From assembly GCF_030013595.1 (NCBI RefSeq), contig NZ_CP122768.1: a stretch of 64,000 nucleotides of DNA. One strand, given 5' to 3'. Shown piece by piece: positions 1-9,742 of the stretch. The DNA comes from Escherichia coli (GTDB taxonomy: Bacteria > Pseudomonadota > Gammaproteobacteria > Enterobacterales > Enterobacteriaceae). The stretch's first letter is position 1. Each line of letters begins with the position of its first letter. The notes beneath the pieces are model-generated. The model ran no database searches and was not told the origin of the DNA. It was given only the letters and a program-made list of their open reading frames with translations. Position numbers and translations under genes: made by a program.

Positions 1-837
1 TTCAATACCGTCTGCGCCGAGAGAAATAGAGAAATCGGGGTCATCTTTAACGGCCTGACCATTACTGTAAACGGGCTTTTTAATTCCTGCCGCGTTAGCA
101 ATGTCGAGTGAATAATTGAGGCGCTGAATGTTTGCATCAAGTTGATTTTTCGTTTTAATGCGGTCCTGAGCCAGTTTTTCTTTTTCAAACTGGGTTTTGA
201 TCTCCAGTTTATTACGGACGTTTTCTATCGACTCTTTCACCACCAACGCAGAGATATAATCGATATACCCGCTCAAAACGGTCTGCGCCTCTTCACTGGT
301 TGGCGCGGTAAAACTTAGCGTCCAGGAGGTATACAGTGACGGTTCATCTTTTTTCTTACTGGCATTGTCATCAACCGCTTTCATTTTTTCGCTCAATGCG
401 ACAATTGCGCGATGCAAATCCAGTTCGTCGATTTTCGCCTCTTTTAATTGGTCCATCACATAAGGTGTTGAGCGCAGGTACTCTTCCAGCAAGCTAACTG
501 ACTGAAACTTCTTGATAAACAGGTTAAATGCTTCTGTACGATCAATTTTGATATCCAGATCCAGCACACGAAGCTTAGTGAATGTTTTCTCAAGCGCCTG
601 CCACTGAACAGGTTCTGGAGGCGTGACAACCGCCGCGCTGGTCCATTTTTGCGGCAGGATGAAAGAGATCAGTAAACCTGCGCAGGCAAACGCAAAAACG
701 ACCGCCATGACCGTTTTTTTGGCCCGCCATAAAACTTCAATTAGATTAAGTAAATCAATTTCATTATTACTGGGCGACGCCAGAGGATACTCGGGAAAAT
801 GAGCGTCACTTCCCTGTTTAATATTCAGTGATGACAT
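1..837 (-). CDS. fepE: FepE / Wzz-like polysaccharide co-polymerase (ferric enterobactin transport protein FepE), 3' end outside window
   Basis: Minus-strand reading frame from ATG at 835-837 runs off the window start; translation begins MSSLNIKQGSDAHFPEYPLASP..., recognised as FepE. Not in ORF track because no stop is inside the window. Confidence 0.8.
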   Translation of the reverse strand, partial: MSSLNIKQGSDAHFPEYPLASPSNNEIDLLNLIEVLWRAKKTVMAVVFAFACAGLLISFILPQKWTSAAVVTPPEPVQWQALEKTFTKLRVLDLDIKIDRTEAFNLFIKKFQSVSLLEEYLRSTPYVMDQLKEAKIDELDLHRAIVALSEKMKAVDDNASKKKDEPSLYTSWTLSFTAPTSEEAQTVLSGYIDYISALVVKESIENVRNKLEIKTQFEKEKLAQDRIKTKNQLDANIQRLNYSLDIANAAGIKKPVYSNGQAVKDDPDFSISLGADGIE

Positions 838-1004
838 GGGGTATAACCTGAAAATGAGTCCAATAGGGGGAAATCTCCACGGCGCTCACTTTACCAGTTG
901 GTGAGAATTATCCGAAGCTGAAGTTTGTAAATTCCTTCCACTGAATGCAACATTCACTCTATTTAAGAGAAATATCCACCAAACTTATAAATTAAATAAA
1001 TGAT

Positions 1005-1037
1005 AAACCCATAATTATTTCCTGTAATTATGGGTTT
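1005..1037 (-). terminator. Hairpin downstream of entF (putative intrinsic terminator)
   Basis: Perfect 13-bp inverted repeat aaacccataatta / taattatgggttt with 7-nt loop, followed on the minus strand by a T-rich stretch. Confidence 0.5.
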
Positions 1038-1052
1038 ATCGATAATATTAAT

Positions 1053-4000
1053 TTACCTGTTTAGCGTAGCGCGAATAATCGGCCCAATTTTTTCAAACGC
1101 CCCTGGAGAGATAATATCCACATGCGCACAATCCTGACGATAGATATCCAGCTCCGCAATCCACGGCGACCAGGCGCGTTCGGGACTCATACCTTGCTGA
1201 AGCGTGCGTTCAGCAACAAACAGCGTCGCTTTACCGTCAAACGGTACGCTATGAGCAGTCGTCAGCAGGCGCACAGCATCAGCGTAGTTGCCTTCAATGG
1301 TGGTAAACAACTCCGTTGAAGTACTTCCCTGCTGTGCCGCCAGGAAGGCCTCGCGCTCGCGGTTAATCTCCGCCAGCACTTCCGGATCCAGACCATTAGC
1401 TTCTTTTTCCTGCCAGTTTTGCGTTTCTGGCGGCCAGGTATCCAGCAAGCCAAGAAATGCCACCTGTTCGCCACGGGCACGCAGTCGCGCCGCAATGCCC
1501 TGCGCCAGCGTACCGCCAAGTGAATAACCCAGCAGGTAATATGGGCCGTGCGGTTGTTGTTCAAGTAACGTTGCCAGATGCGCTTCGCAGACTTCATCCA
1601 GATTTGCCGCCGTCTGCATGGGGCCACTGGGGCGCGGCGACTGAATGCCGATAATCGACCATTGTGGATCGAGATAACGCGAGAGCACGCTGAACTGCCA
1701 GGCAAAACCGGAGGCCGGATGGAAACAAAACAGCGTCGGGCCATTACCTTCACGCAACGGCAGAATGGTTTCGAATCCCATGCGCCGGGAGCTGTCTTCT
1801 TCCCCATCAATAATCGTTGCCAGTTTAGCGACGGTTGACGCAACCATCACCTGCCCCGGCGTCACCTGACGGGCAAACTGCCGACTTAACTGCGCTGCCA
1901 GTTTCATTGCCAGTAGTGAATGACCGCCAAGCGCGAAGAAATCAGCATCGGCATCCTGCACGTCACAACCCAGCAACGACGAGAATGCCGCGGCGATAAT
2001 CGTTTCACTGCCCGCTTTCGGCGTACGCCCCGGTGCTTGTGCCTTCAGTTCAGGCAACGGTAAGGCTTTGCGATCCAGCTTGCCGTTGGCGCTAAGCGGC
2101 AACTGCGGAAGTTGCAGCAGAACCACGGGCACCATATGCGGTGGCAATGTTTCGCGCAACTGCGCCTGCAATGCAGTGGTATCCAGCGGCAGGCCTGATT
2201 GCGACACCAGATACCCAACCAACTGACGCGCATCGCCTCCCGTTGCGGCAGCCTGGTTAATGACGCAGGCGTGGGTCACGGCCTGTTCAACGTCCGGCAG
2301 CGCCTGCATCACGCGATCGATTTCGCCCAGTTCGATACGCTGCCCGCGAATTTTTAGCTGATCGTCACTGCGCCCGAGGTACTCCACCGCGCCGTTATCC
2401 AGCCAGCGGGCAACGTCTCCGGTACGGTACATCCGTTCACCAGGGGCAAAAGGATCGGCAATAAAGCGACTGGCGGTCAGATCGGGTCGTCCAAGATACC
2501 CCTGCGCCAGTTGAATACCGGTGAGATAGAGATCACCTGCCACACCCGGCGGCACCGGATGCATCATCGCATCAAGAATACGCAGGCCCGTATTCCACAC
2601 CGGATAACCAATCGGCACACTGCTGCCGCGCACCTGTGCCAGTTCCTCGCCAAAAGCCGGATACCAGCTGACATCTACCGCCGCTTCCGTCGGGCCATAT
2701 AGATTATGCAACGGCACGCTGGTTAACTGTTGCCATTCGCGGCATAAATCAGCGGGTAAGGCCTCACCACTACAGAAAACCTGTTTCAACGTCGCGCAAT
2801 TCTGACGAGCGGTTTGCGGAGTCAGCGGTGCAACAAATGCCGCCAGCATCGACGGCACAAAGTGCGTGGTCGTTACGCCATATTCGGCAAAGAATTGCTG
2901 CATAGCGAGCGGGTCGCGGTGCGCTTCCGGTTCAGCCATCACCAGTTTAGCCCCGGCAATAAACGGCCAGAAAAACTCCCACACCGAGACATCAAAACTG
3001 CACGGCGTTTTTTGGGCAACGATATCATCGCCTGTAAGCGGGTAGTGGTTTTGCATCCAAAGCAAGCGGTTAACGATAGCCGTCTGCCCGACCATTACCC
3101 CTTTTGGTCTGCCGGTGGAACCGGAGGTAAAGATGATATAAGCCGTGTGGTGCGGTTGTGAAAGTTGCAGCGGCGCACTGCCCTGCGGTGTAAGCGGGGC
3201 GTTATAGCAAAGGCTGGTTAAATCTGGAACATCGGCAAAGCGCGGCAGTTGATCGTCGGTGGTGATTAACAGCGACGGACGCGCATCTTCCAGCATCATT
3301 TTCAGGCGATCGTCCGGATAGCCGGTATCCAGCGGTAACCAGGCCGCACCTGTTTCAACAATCGCATGTAGTGCCAGAGTCAAAAAGACCGAGCGCGGTA
3401 GCGCCACCGCCACGCTGTCGCCTGGTTTAACGCCGCGCTCACGCAGCAGATTCGCCAGCGCCACCACCTGCTCGCGCATTTCCCGATAGCTGAACAGATA
3501 ACGCGCATCTGCCAGCGCCGGAGCATCCGGTGTTTTTGCCGCTTGTTCTGCCACCAGCGCGCTCAGCGTGGTTTCTGGAATCTCAACCTGAGTGGCGTTG
3601 ATCTGCGCCAGCTGCACATATTCACCTGGCAGCATAATATCGACATCGCCGCACAACAGCGCCGGATCCGCGGCGAACTGGGCAATCAGCATTTTCAGGC
3701 GTTCAGCATGTTGAATTAACGTTGGCTCATCGTAACGCTGTTTATTGGCGAGGATCTCAATACTCAAATCACCGTGTTCATCCGGGAACAGGGCCAGTTC
3801 AAGGTCATTAACCGGACCGGTTGCCAGGGTATGGGTTTGCGTCTGAACACCAGGAATATCCAGTTGGTAATCAAATACCTTGATATTGAGTACCGGACCG
3901 AACAGCGGTTCCTCTCCTGCCGCTCGCCCGCTGTCACGGACAATTTGTTCGGCATCGTAACGTTGATGGCGGCGCATTTTTTTCAGTTGTGCTGCCAGTC

Positions 4001-4934
4001 GGGTTGCCAGTTCAGGCAGCGTTTCTTGCTCCGCAATATGAATACCCAGCGGCAAAACGTTGAGCACGGGTCCGGTAGCCGTCAGCGCCGCCGAGCCCAG
4101 TCGACGCATAAAGATAAATCCGGCGGCGTAGTCCATGCGATTGCACAATCGCCCCAGCCATAAGGCCGTCAGCGCAAGGGCTAAATCGGTACGCTGCACA
4201 CCTGAAAGTTGCGTAGCCAGCTGGCGGAATTCCCCGTCGGTAAATTCCAGTTTCAGGCGCAAAATATCTGCCGAAGCGCTGCGCCCCGGTAAAGGTGCCG
4301 GAGAAAGTGACGCGGGCGGCGGCAGTTGACGACGCTGTTCCGCCCAGAATGCCGCATCACGCTGCCAGGCTTCGCTTTCGCGGTATTGCTGGTACTCCTC
4401 CACTACATCAGCGAAAGGCGTAAACGGCGAAGCAGGCGTTGGTTCGCCACGCAGCCATGCGCAGTAAATATTGGCGATCTGGCGAGTAATGGCCGGGAAA
4501 CTGAAGCCATCGACCAGCAAATGGTGATAACGCTGATACCAGTACCAGCGGTTATCCGCCACCTGATTGAGCTGATGAAAGACCAGCGGTTTGCCGCTGT
4601 CGGCACGTAGATTTTGCTGTAAATCCGCCTGCATTAATGCCTGCGCAGTACCGTGCGGATCAATGTTGGTTCGCAGGTCGATAATTTCTGGTAGTTCAAA
4701 CGTCAGCGCATCATCGACCCATTGCCAGACTTCGCCGTTATCTTCCGTAAAACGCATCCGCAGCGTATCTGCTTGCGCTAATCCGGCAACCACCGCGCGG
4801 GCCAGTAATGGCGCATCAACCTCTCCGGTTAACTCAACGTAATGCGCCACGCTCCAGGCGGAGGGTAAATCCGACAGTTTTTCTGCCATCCAGATGCCGG
4901 GCTGTGCGGCGACCAATGGTAAATGCTGGCTCAT
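1053..4934 (-). CDS. entF: Enterobactin synthase component F (NRPS: condensation, adenylation, PCP, thioesterase domains)
   Basis: ORF 1053..5072; true start taken at internal ATG 4934 (MSQHLPLVAAQPGIWMAEKL...), giving 1293 aa. AMP-binding motif FTSGSTGRPKGV, PCP motif GGHSL and C-terminal thioesterase-like region are visible. Confidence 0.95.
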   Translation of the reverse strand: MSQHLPLVAAQPGIWMAEKLSDLPSAWSVAHYVELTGEVDAPLLARAVVAGLAQADTLRMRFTEDNGEVWQWVDDALTFELPEIIDLRTNIDPHGTAQALMQADLQQNLRADSGKPLVFHQLNQVADNRWYWYQRYHHLLVDGFSFPAITRQIANIYCAWLRGEPTPASPFTPFADVVEEYQQYRESEAWQRDAAFWAEQRRQLPPPASLSPAPLPGRSASADILRLKLEFTDGEFRQLATQLSGVQRTDLALALTALWLGRLCNRMDYAAGFIFMRRLGSAALTATGPVLNVLPLGIHIAEQETLPELATRLAAQLKKMRRHQRYDAEQIVRDSGRAAGEEPLFGPVLNIKVFDYQLDIPGVQTQTHTLATGPVNDLELALFPDEHGDLSIEILANKQRYDEPTLIQHAERLKMLIAQFAADPALLCGDVDIMLPGEYVQLAQINATQVEIPETTLSALVAEQAAKTPDAPALADARYLFSYREMREQVVALANLLRERGVKPGDSVAVALPRSVFLTLALHAIVETGAAWLPLDTGYPDDRLKMMLEDARPSLLITTDDQLPRFADVPDLTSLCYNAPLTPQGSAPLQLSQPHHTAYIIFTSGSTGRPKGVMVGQTAIVNRLLWMQNHYPLTGDDIVAQKTPCSFDVSVWEFFWPFIAGAKLVMAEPEAHRDPLAMQQFFAEYGVTTTHFVPSMLAAFVAPLTPQTARQNCATLKQVFCSGEALPADLCREWQQLTSVPLHNLYGPTEAAVDVSWYPAFGEELAQVRGSSVPIGYPVWNTGLRILDAMMHPVPPGVAGDLYLTGIQLAQGYLGRPDLTASRFIADPFAPGERMYRTGDVARWLDNGAVEYLGRSDDQLKIRGQRIELGEIDRVMQALPDVEQAVTHACVINQAAATGGDARQLVGYLVSQSGLPLDTTALQAQLRETLPPHMVPVVLLQLPQLPLSANGKLDRKALPLPELKAQAPGRTPKAGSETIIAAAFSSLLGCDVQDADADFFALGGHSLLAMKLAAQLSRQFARQVTPGQVMVASTVAKLATIIDGEEDSSRRMGFETILPLREGNGPTLFCFHPASGFAWQFSVLSRYLDPQWSIIGIQSPRPSGPMQTAANLDEVCEAHLATLLEQQPHGPYYLLGYSLGGTLAQGIAARLRARGEQVAFLGLLDTWPPETQNWQEKEANGLDPEVLAEINREREAFLAAQQGSTSTELFTTIEGNYADAVRLLTTAHSVPFDGKATLFVAERTLQQGMSPERAWSPWIAELDIYRQDCAHVDIISPGAFEKIGPIIRATLNR

Positions 4935-5149
4935 TGCGCCTCCTGCAACTGGGTGAAATTCGACGGTGTCAGAGTACGCCAGTGGGCTTCCAGCCACTGC
5001 TGGCAGGACGCCTGTGACTGCGGCTGACACACAACGTCCCAGCCTGCCGGTAAGGCGCATTGTTGCGGCCACAGACTGAATTGCCCCTGCGCATTGCGCA
5101 AAATGTAAAACGCTCCCTGCGGATCATCGAAGGGATTACTGAATGCCAT
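4931..5149 (-). CDS. ybdZ: MbtH-like protein YbdZ (enterobactin synthesis accessory protein)
   Basis: 72-aa product MAFSNPFDDPQGAFYILRNAQGQFSLWPQQCALPAGWDVV...; stop overlaps entF start (ATGA-type coupling). Confidence 0.9.
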   Translation of the reverse strand: MAFSNPFDDPQGAFYILRNAQGQFSLWPQQCALPAGWDVVCQPQSQASCQQWLEAHWRTLTPSNFTQLQEAQ

Positions 5150-5151
5150 AT

Positions 5152-6354
5152 TCAACTCCTGTCATGGAAAAGTGGTTGCCAGAGGTCGATTAGCCCCTGC
5201 ATCAAGCCACCGCGCCAACAAAGCGCATCATGTCCGCCGTCAACCTGACGCCAGAAAATGGATTCTTTTATAGGGTGTAATTGCGCATACAGCGCCTGAT
5301 TGGCCCGCATGATCATCGGCTCGCGAATACCCGCTTCCAGCACAATGCGCAGACCTTCGGCGCTAACTTCACCAGTTTTTAGCTGTTCAAGTAACACGCC
5401 CTCTTGCTGCCCGCCCCGATGCGGCCACCAGTATGATCCTGACTGGCTTAATACACAGCCAAAGCGTTCAGGCCAGTTTAGTCCGGCATACAGCGCGGAA
5501 AGCCCACCAAAACTCTGCCCGGCGACCACGGTGCGATCGGCGCGATCGCTAAAAGGGGCAATAGCTTTCACCAGGGGTAATAACTCTTGCTGTACTGCCA
5601 GCCAGAAATCCGCATTACACGGCAGTTCGTAAGCGCGGTGCGTGGTGTCGATAGCGTCGATCAACACATACACGGCGGGAGGAAGTTGCCGACGATGGGT
5701 CAACGAAGTCAGCACAGGCCAGACGGGCATACTCTGCGCCCAAAATTCACCATCAAGCAAAACTGCCAGCGGGCGTTCTTCTGCTGTTGCATCGCCGGTG
5801 GTAAAAATCCATACACGGCGTGAATTTTTCAACCGTTCACTTTTCCAGATAATTTCTTTGGCAGGCGTTTCTGGCGCTTGCGGACAATCCCATCCCGGTT
5901 GCAGAGGCGCTTGCGGCATTTCGAGTGCAGAAACAGCGTGCCCTCGCCCGCCTTTCCAGCTTTGTGGATTCAGCGGATCGGCTATCGCCTGGGGTAATAG
6001 TTTTCGCCAGCCTTCACGTAATTCGAGGCGATCGGGGGATGGTGCAGAAAAAATGTCATCGCGTTCGGTGGGAATAAAGCAGTAGCTGCCGCGCCAGTTG
6101 GCATTGAGCTGTGTCGTCCACTGCCAGACGTTGGTGCCTGCAATTCGCTGCATCGACTGGGGCTGGCTGTTCTGATGGTGATCGGTCACACCAGTGATGT
6201 AGACCCATACGCGCTTTATCGTCGAGTATTCTTCAGAACCTTGGGGATCACGCCACCAGAAAGTAACCTCAAACATTTCGTCATTCAGACGCTGCCATTC
6301 CGGGCCATGTTTCGACTGCCACCAGCTCTCACTTCCTACTTTTAACGCCGTCAC
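5152..6354 (-). CDS. fes: Enterochelin (ferric enterobactin) esterase Fes
   Basis: 400-aa ORF MTALKVGSESWWQSKHGPEWQRL..., esterase motif GQSFGG; a shorter internal start is also possible. Confidence 0.9.
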   Translation of the reverse strand: MTALKVGSESWWQSKHGPEWQRLNDEMFEVTFWWRDPQGSEEYSTIKRVWVYITGVTDHHQNSQPQSMQRIAGTNVWQWTTQLNANWRGSYCFIPTERDDIFSAPSPDRLELREGWRKLLPQAIADPLNPQSWKGGRGHAVSALEMPQAPLQPGWDCPQAPETPAKEIIWKSERLKNSRRVWIFTTGDATAEERPLAVLLDGEFWAQSMPVWPVLTSLTHRRQLPPAVYVLIDAIDTTHRAYELPCNADFWLAVQQELLPLVKAIAPFSDRADRTVVAGQSFGGLSALYAGLNWPERFGCVLSQSGSYWWPHRGGQQEGVLLEQLKTGEVSAEGLRIVLEAGIREPMIMRANQALYAQLHPIKESIFWRQVDGGHDALCWRGGLMQGLIDLWQPLFHDRS

Positions 6355-6399
6355 ACCATAACCCCATGTTTACTGTGCAATTTTTCATTGATTGCAGAA

Positions 6400-6440
6400 A
6401 TATATTGATAATATTATTGATAACTATTTGCATTTGCAAT
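6400..6440. promoter_or_regulatory. Fur-box cluster in the divergent fes / fepA promoter region
   Basis: Overlapping GATAAT-type hexamers (attgataatattattgataactatttgcatttgcaat) in the 242-bp intergenic region between divergent iron-regulated genes. Confidence 0.6.
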
Positions 6441-6596
6441 AGCGTAATGGCGCGCCGTGGGAAGCGCGGACATTAATTAACCAACTGCACTGAGTGTCTT
6501 TCAGGATCAAAGGTTTTCGCGGTAGCGGGATGCGTCGTGTTGATGACGACCATGCCCGACAGTTGCAATTCGTGGCAAAAATGCAGGAATAAAACA

Positions 6597-8837
6597 ATGA
6601 ACAAGAAGATTCATTCCCTGGCCTTGTTGGTCAATCTGGGGATTTATGGGGTAGCACAGGCACAAGAGCCAACCGATACTCCTGTTTCACATGACGATAC
6701 CATTGTCGTTACCGCCGCCGAGCAGAACTTGCAGGCGCCTGGCGTTTCGACCATCACCGCAGATGAAATCCGCAAAAACCCGGTTGCCCGCGATGTGTCG
6801 GAGATCATCCGTACCATGCCAGGCGTTAACCTGATCGGTAACTCCACCAGTGGTCAGCGTGGGAATAACCGACAGATTGATATTCGCGGCATGGGTCCGG
6901 AAAACACGCTGATTTTGATTGACGGCAAGCCGGTAAGCAGCCGTAACTCGGTGCGTCAGGGCTGGCGTGGCGAGCGCGATACCCGTGGTGATACCTCCTG
7001 GGTGCCACCTGAAATGATTGAACGTATTGAAGTTCTGCGTGGTCCGGCGGCTGCGCGTTATGGCAACGGCGCGGCGGGCGGCGTGGTTAACATCATTACC
7101 AAAAAAGGCAGTGGTGAGTGGCACGGCTCCTGGGACGCATATTTCAATGCGCCAGAACATAAAGAGGAAGGTGCCACCAAACGCACTAACTTTAGCCTCA
7201 CCGGTCCGCTGGGCGACGAATTCAGCTTTCGCTTGTATGGCAACCTCGACAAAACTCAGGCTGACGCGTGGGATATCAACCAGGGCCATCAGTCCGCGCG
7301 TGCCGGAACCTATGCCACGACGTTACCAGCCGGGCGCGAAGGGGTGATCAATAAAGATATTAACGGCGTGGTGCGCTGGGACTTCGCACCATTGCAATCG
7401 CTGGAACTGGAAGCGGGTTACAGCCGCCAGGGTAACCTGTATGCGGGCGATACCCAGAACACCAACTCTGACGCTTACACTCGCTCGAAATATGGCGATG
7501 AAACCAACCGTCTGTATCGCCAGAACTACTCGCTGACATGGAACGGCGGCTGGGATAACGGCGTGACCACCAGCAACTGGGTGCAGTACGAACATACCCG
7601 TAACTCGCGTATTCCGGAAGGTCTGGCGGGCGGCACAGAAGGGAAATTTAACGAAAAAGCGACACAGGATTTCGTCGATATCGATCTCGATGACGTGATG
7701 CTGCACAGCGAAGTTAACCTGCCGATTGATTTCCTCGTTAACCAGACGCTGACGCTGGGTACGGAGTGGAATCAGCAGCGGATGAAGGACTTGAGTTCCA
7801 ACACCCAGGCGCTCACCGGGACGAATACCGGCGGCGCTATTGATGGCGTGAGTGCGACAGACCGTAGCCCATATTCAAAAGCAGAAATTTTCTCGCTGTT
7901 TGCCGAAAACAATATGGAGCTGACTGACAGCACCATCGTAACGCCGGGGCTGCGTTTCGATCATCACAGCATTGTTGGCAATAACTGGAGTCCGGCTCTA
8001 AACATATCGCAAGGTTTAGGCGATGACTTCACGCTGAAAATGGGCATTGCCCGTGCTTATAAAGCGCCGAGTCTGTACCAGACTAACCCAAACTACATTC
8101 TCTACAGTAAAGGTCAGGGCTGCTATGCCAGCGCGGGCGGCTGCTATCTGCAAGGTAATGATGACCTGAAAGCGGAAACCAGCATCAACAAAGAGATTGG
8201 TCTGGAGTTCAAACGCGACGGCTGGCTGGCGGGCGTCACCTGGTTCCGTAACGATTATCGCAATAAGATTGAAGCGGGCTATGTGGCTGTAGGGCAAAAC
8301 GCAGTCGGCACCGATCTCTATCAGTGGGATAACGTACCGAAAGCGGTGGTTGAAGGTCTGGAAGGATCGTTAAACGTACCGGTTAGCGAAACGGTGATGT
8401 GGACCAATAACATCACTTATATGCTGAAGAGTGAAAACAAAACCACGGGCGACCGTTTGTCGATCATCCCGGAGTATACGTTGAACTCAACGCTGAGCTG
8501 GCAGGCACGGGAAGATTTGTCGATGCAAACGACCTTCACCTGGTACGGCAAGCAGCAGCCGAAGAAGTACAACTATAAAGGTCAGCCAGCGGTTGGACCG
8601 GAAACCAAAGAAATCAGCCCGTACAGCATTGTTGGCCTGAGCGCGACCTGGGATGTAACGAAGAATGTCAGTCTGACCGGCGGCGTGGACAACCTGTTCG
8701 ACAAACGTTTGTGGCGTGCGGGTAATGCCCAGACCACAGGCGATCTGGCAGGAGCCAACTATATCGCCGGTGCCGGGGCATATACCTATAACGAGCCGGG
8801 ACGTACGTGGTATATGAGCATTAATACTCACTTCTGA
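6597..8837 (+). CDS. fepA: TonB-dependent ferric enterobactin outer-membrane receptor FepA
   Basis: ORF 6537..8837; start taken at MNKKIHSLALLVNLGIYGVAQA (signal peptide), 746 aa; TonB box DTIVVTA, C-terminal aromatic residue (F). Confidence 0.95.
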   Translation: MNKKIHSLALLVNLGIYGVAQAQEPTDTPVSHDDTIVVTAAEQNLQAPGVSTITADEIRKNPVARDVSEIIRTMPGVNLIGNSTSGQRGNNRQIDIRGMGPENTLILIDGKPVSSRNSVRQGWRGERDTRGDTSWVPPEMIERIEVLRGPAAARYGNGAAGGVVNIITKKGSGEWHGSWDAYFNAPEHKEEGATKRTNFSLTGPLGDEFSFRLYGNLDKTQADAWDINQGHQSARAGTYATTLPAGREGVINKDINGVVRWDFAPLQSLELEAGYSRQGNLYAGDTQNTNSDAYTRSKYGDETNRLYRQNYSLTWNGGWDNGVTTSNWVQYEHTRNSRIPEGLAGGTEGKFNEKATQDFVDIDLDDVMLHSEVNLPIDFLVNQTLTLGTEWNQQRMKDLSSNTQALTGTNTGGAIDGVSATDRSPYSKAEIFSLFAENNMELTDSTIVTPGLRFDHHSIVGNNWSPALNISQGLGDDFTLKMGIARAYKAPSLYQTNPNYILYSKGQGCYASAGGCYLQGNDDLKAETSINKEIGLEFKRDGWLAGVTWFRNDYRNKIEAGYVAVGQNAVGTDLYQWDNVPKAVVEGLEGSLNVPVSETVMWTNNITYMLKSENKTTGDRLSIIPEYTLNSTLSWQAREDLSMQTTFTWYGKQQPKKYNYKGQPAVGPETKEISPYSIVGLSATWDVTKNVSLTGGVDNLFDKRLWRAGNAQTTGDLAGANYIAGAGAYTYNEPGRTWYMSINTHF

Positions 8838-8876
8838 TGCTAACGTCAGATTGTTGACAAAGTGCGCGTAGTTCAT

Positions 8877-8974
8877 GCCGGATGCGGCGTGAACGCCTTA
8901 TCCGGCCTACAAAAATCTTGCCAATTCAATATATTGCAGGACCACGTAGGCCTGATAAGCGTAGCGCATCAGGC
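8877..8974. repeat. BIME: two inverted REP elements flanking a short spacer
   Basis: gccggatgcggcgtgaacgccttatccggcctac ... gtaggcctgataagcgtagcgcatcaggc; classic REP consensus in opposite orientations between fepA and entD. Confidence 0.7.
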
Positions 8975-9011
8975 AGTTTTGCGTTTGTCATCAGTCTCTA
9001 ATATGGTCGAC

Positions 9012-9632
9012 ATGAAAACTACGCATACCGCCCTCCCCTTTGCCGGAAATACGCTGCATTTTGTTAAGTTCGATCCGGCGAGTTTTCGCGAGCAGGATTT
9101 ACTCTGGCTGCCACACTACGCACAACTGCAACACGCTGGACGTAAACGTAAAACAGAGCATTTAGCTGGACGAATCGCTGCTGTTTATGCCTTGCGGGAA
9201 TATGGCTATAAATATGTGCCCGCTATCGGCGAGCTACGCCAACCTGTGTGGCCTGCGGAGGTATACGGCAGTATTAGCCACTGCGGGACTACGGCATTAG
9301 CCGTGGTATCTCGTCAACCGATTGGCATTGATATCGAAGAGATTTTCTCTGTACAAACCGCAAGAGAATTGACAGACAACATTATTACACCAGCAGAACA
9401 CGAGCGACTCGCAGAATGCGGTTTAACCTTTTCTCTGGCGCTAACACTGGCATTTTCCGCCAAAGAGAGCGCATTTAAGGCAAGCAAGATACAGGCCGCT
9501 CAAGGTTTTCTGGATTATCAGATAATTAGCTGGAATAAACAGCAGATCATCATTCGACTAGAGGATGAGCAGTTTGCTGTGCACTGGCAGATAAAAGAAA
9601 AAATAGTCATAACGCTGTGCCAACACGATTAA
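9012..9632 (+). CDS. entD: 4'-phosphopantetheinyl transferase EntD
   Basis: MKTTHTALPFAGNTLHFVKFDPASF... (ORF 8862..9632; alternative ATG at 9003). PPTase family features; located directly downstream of fepA. Confidence 0.9.
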   Translation: MKTTHTALPFAGNTLHFVKFDPASFREQDLLWLPHYAQLQHAGRKRKTEHLAGRIAAVYALREYGYKYVPAIGELRQPVWPAEVYGSISHCGTTALAVVSRQPIGIDIEEIFSVQTARELTDNIITPAEHERLAECGLTFSLALTLAFSAKESAFKASKIQAAQGFLDYQIISWNKQQIIIRLEDEQFAVHWQIKEKIVITLCQHD

Positions 9633-9742
9633 TTGACAACATCTGGTACGATTCGCCCGCAGCCATTGCTGACCGCGGGCGAAAGTGTAAAACAGGTGCC
9701 TTACCACCCTGACCTGACAACCGGATATGCGGGGATTACTCC

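Noticed and set aside
1262-1843. 193-aa minus-strand ORF and several 60-90-aa plus-strand ORFs inside entF
   Set aside because: Alternative frames of the entF coding region; entF itself is unambiguous.
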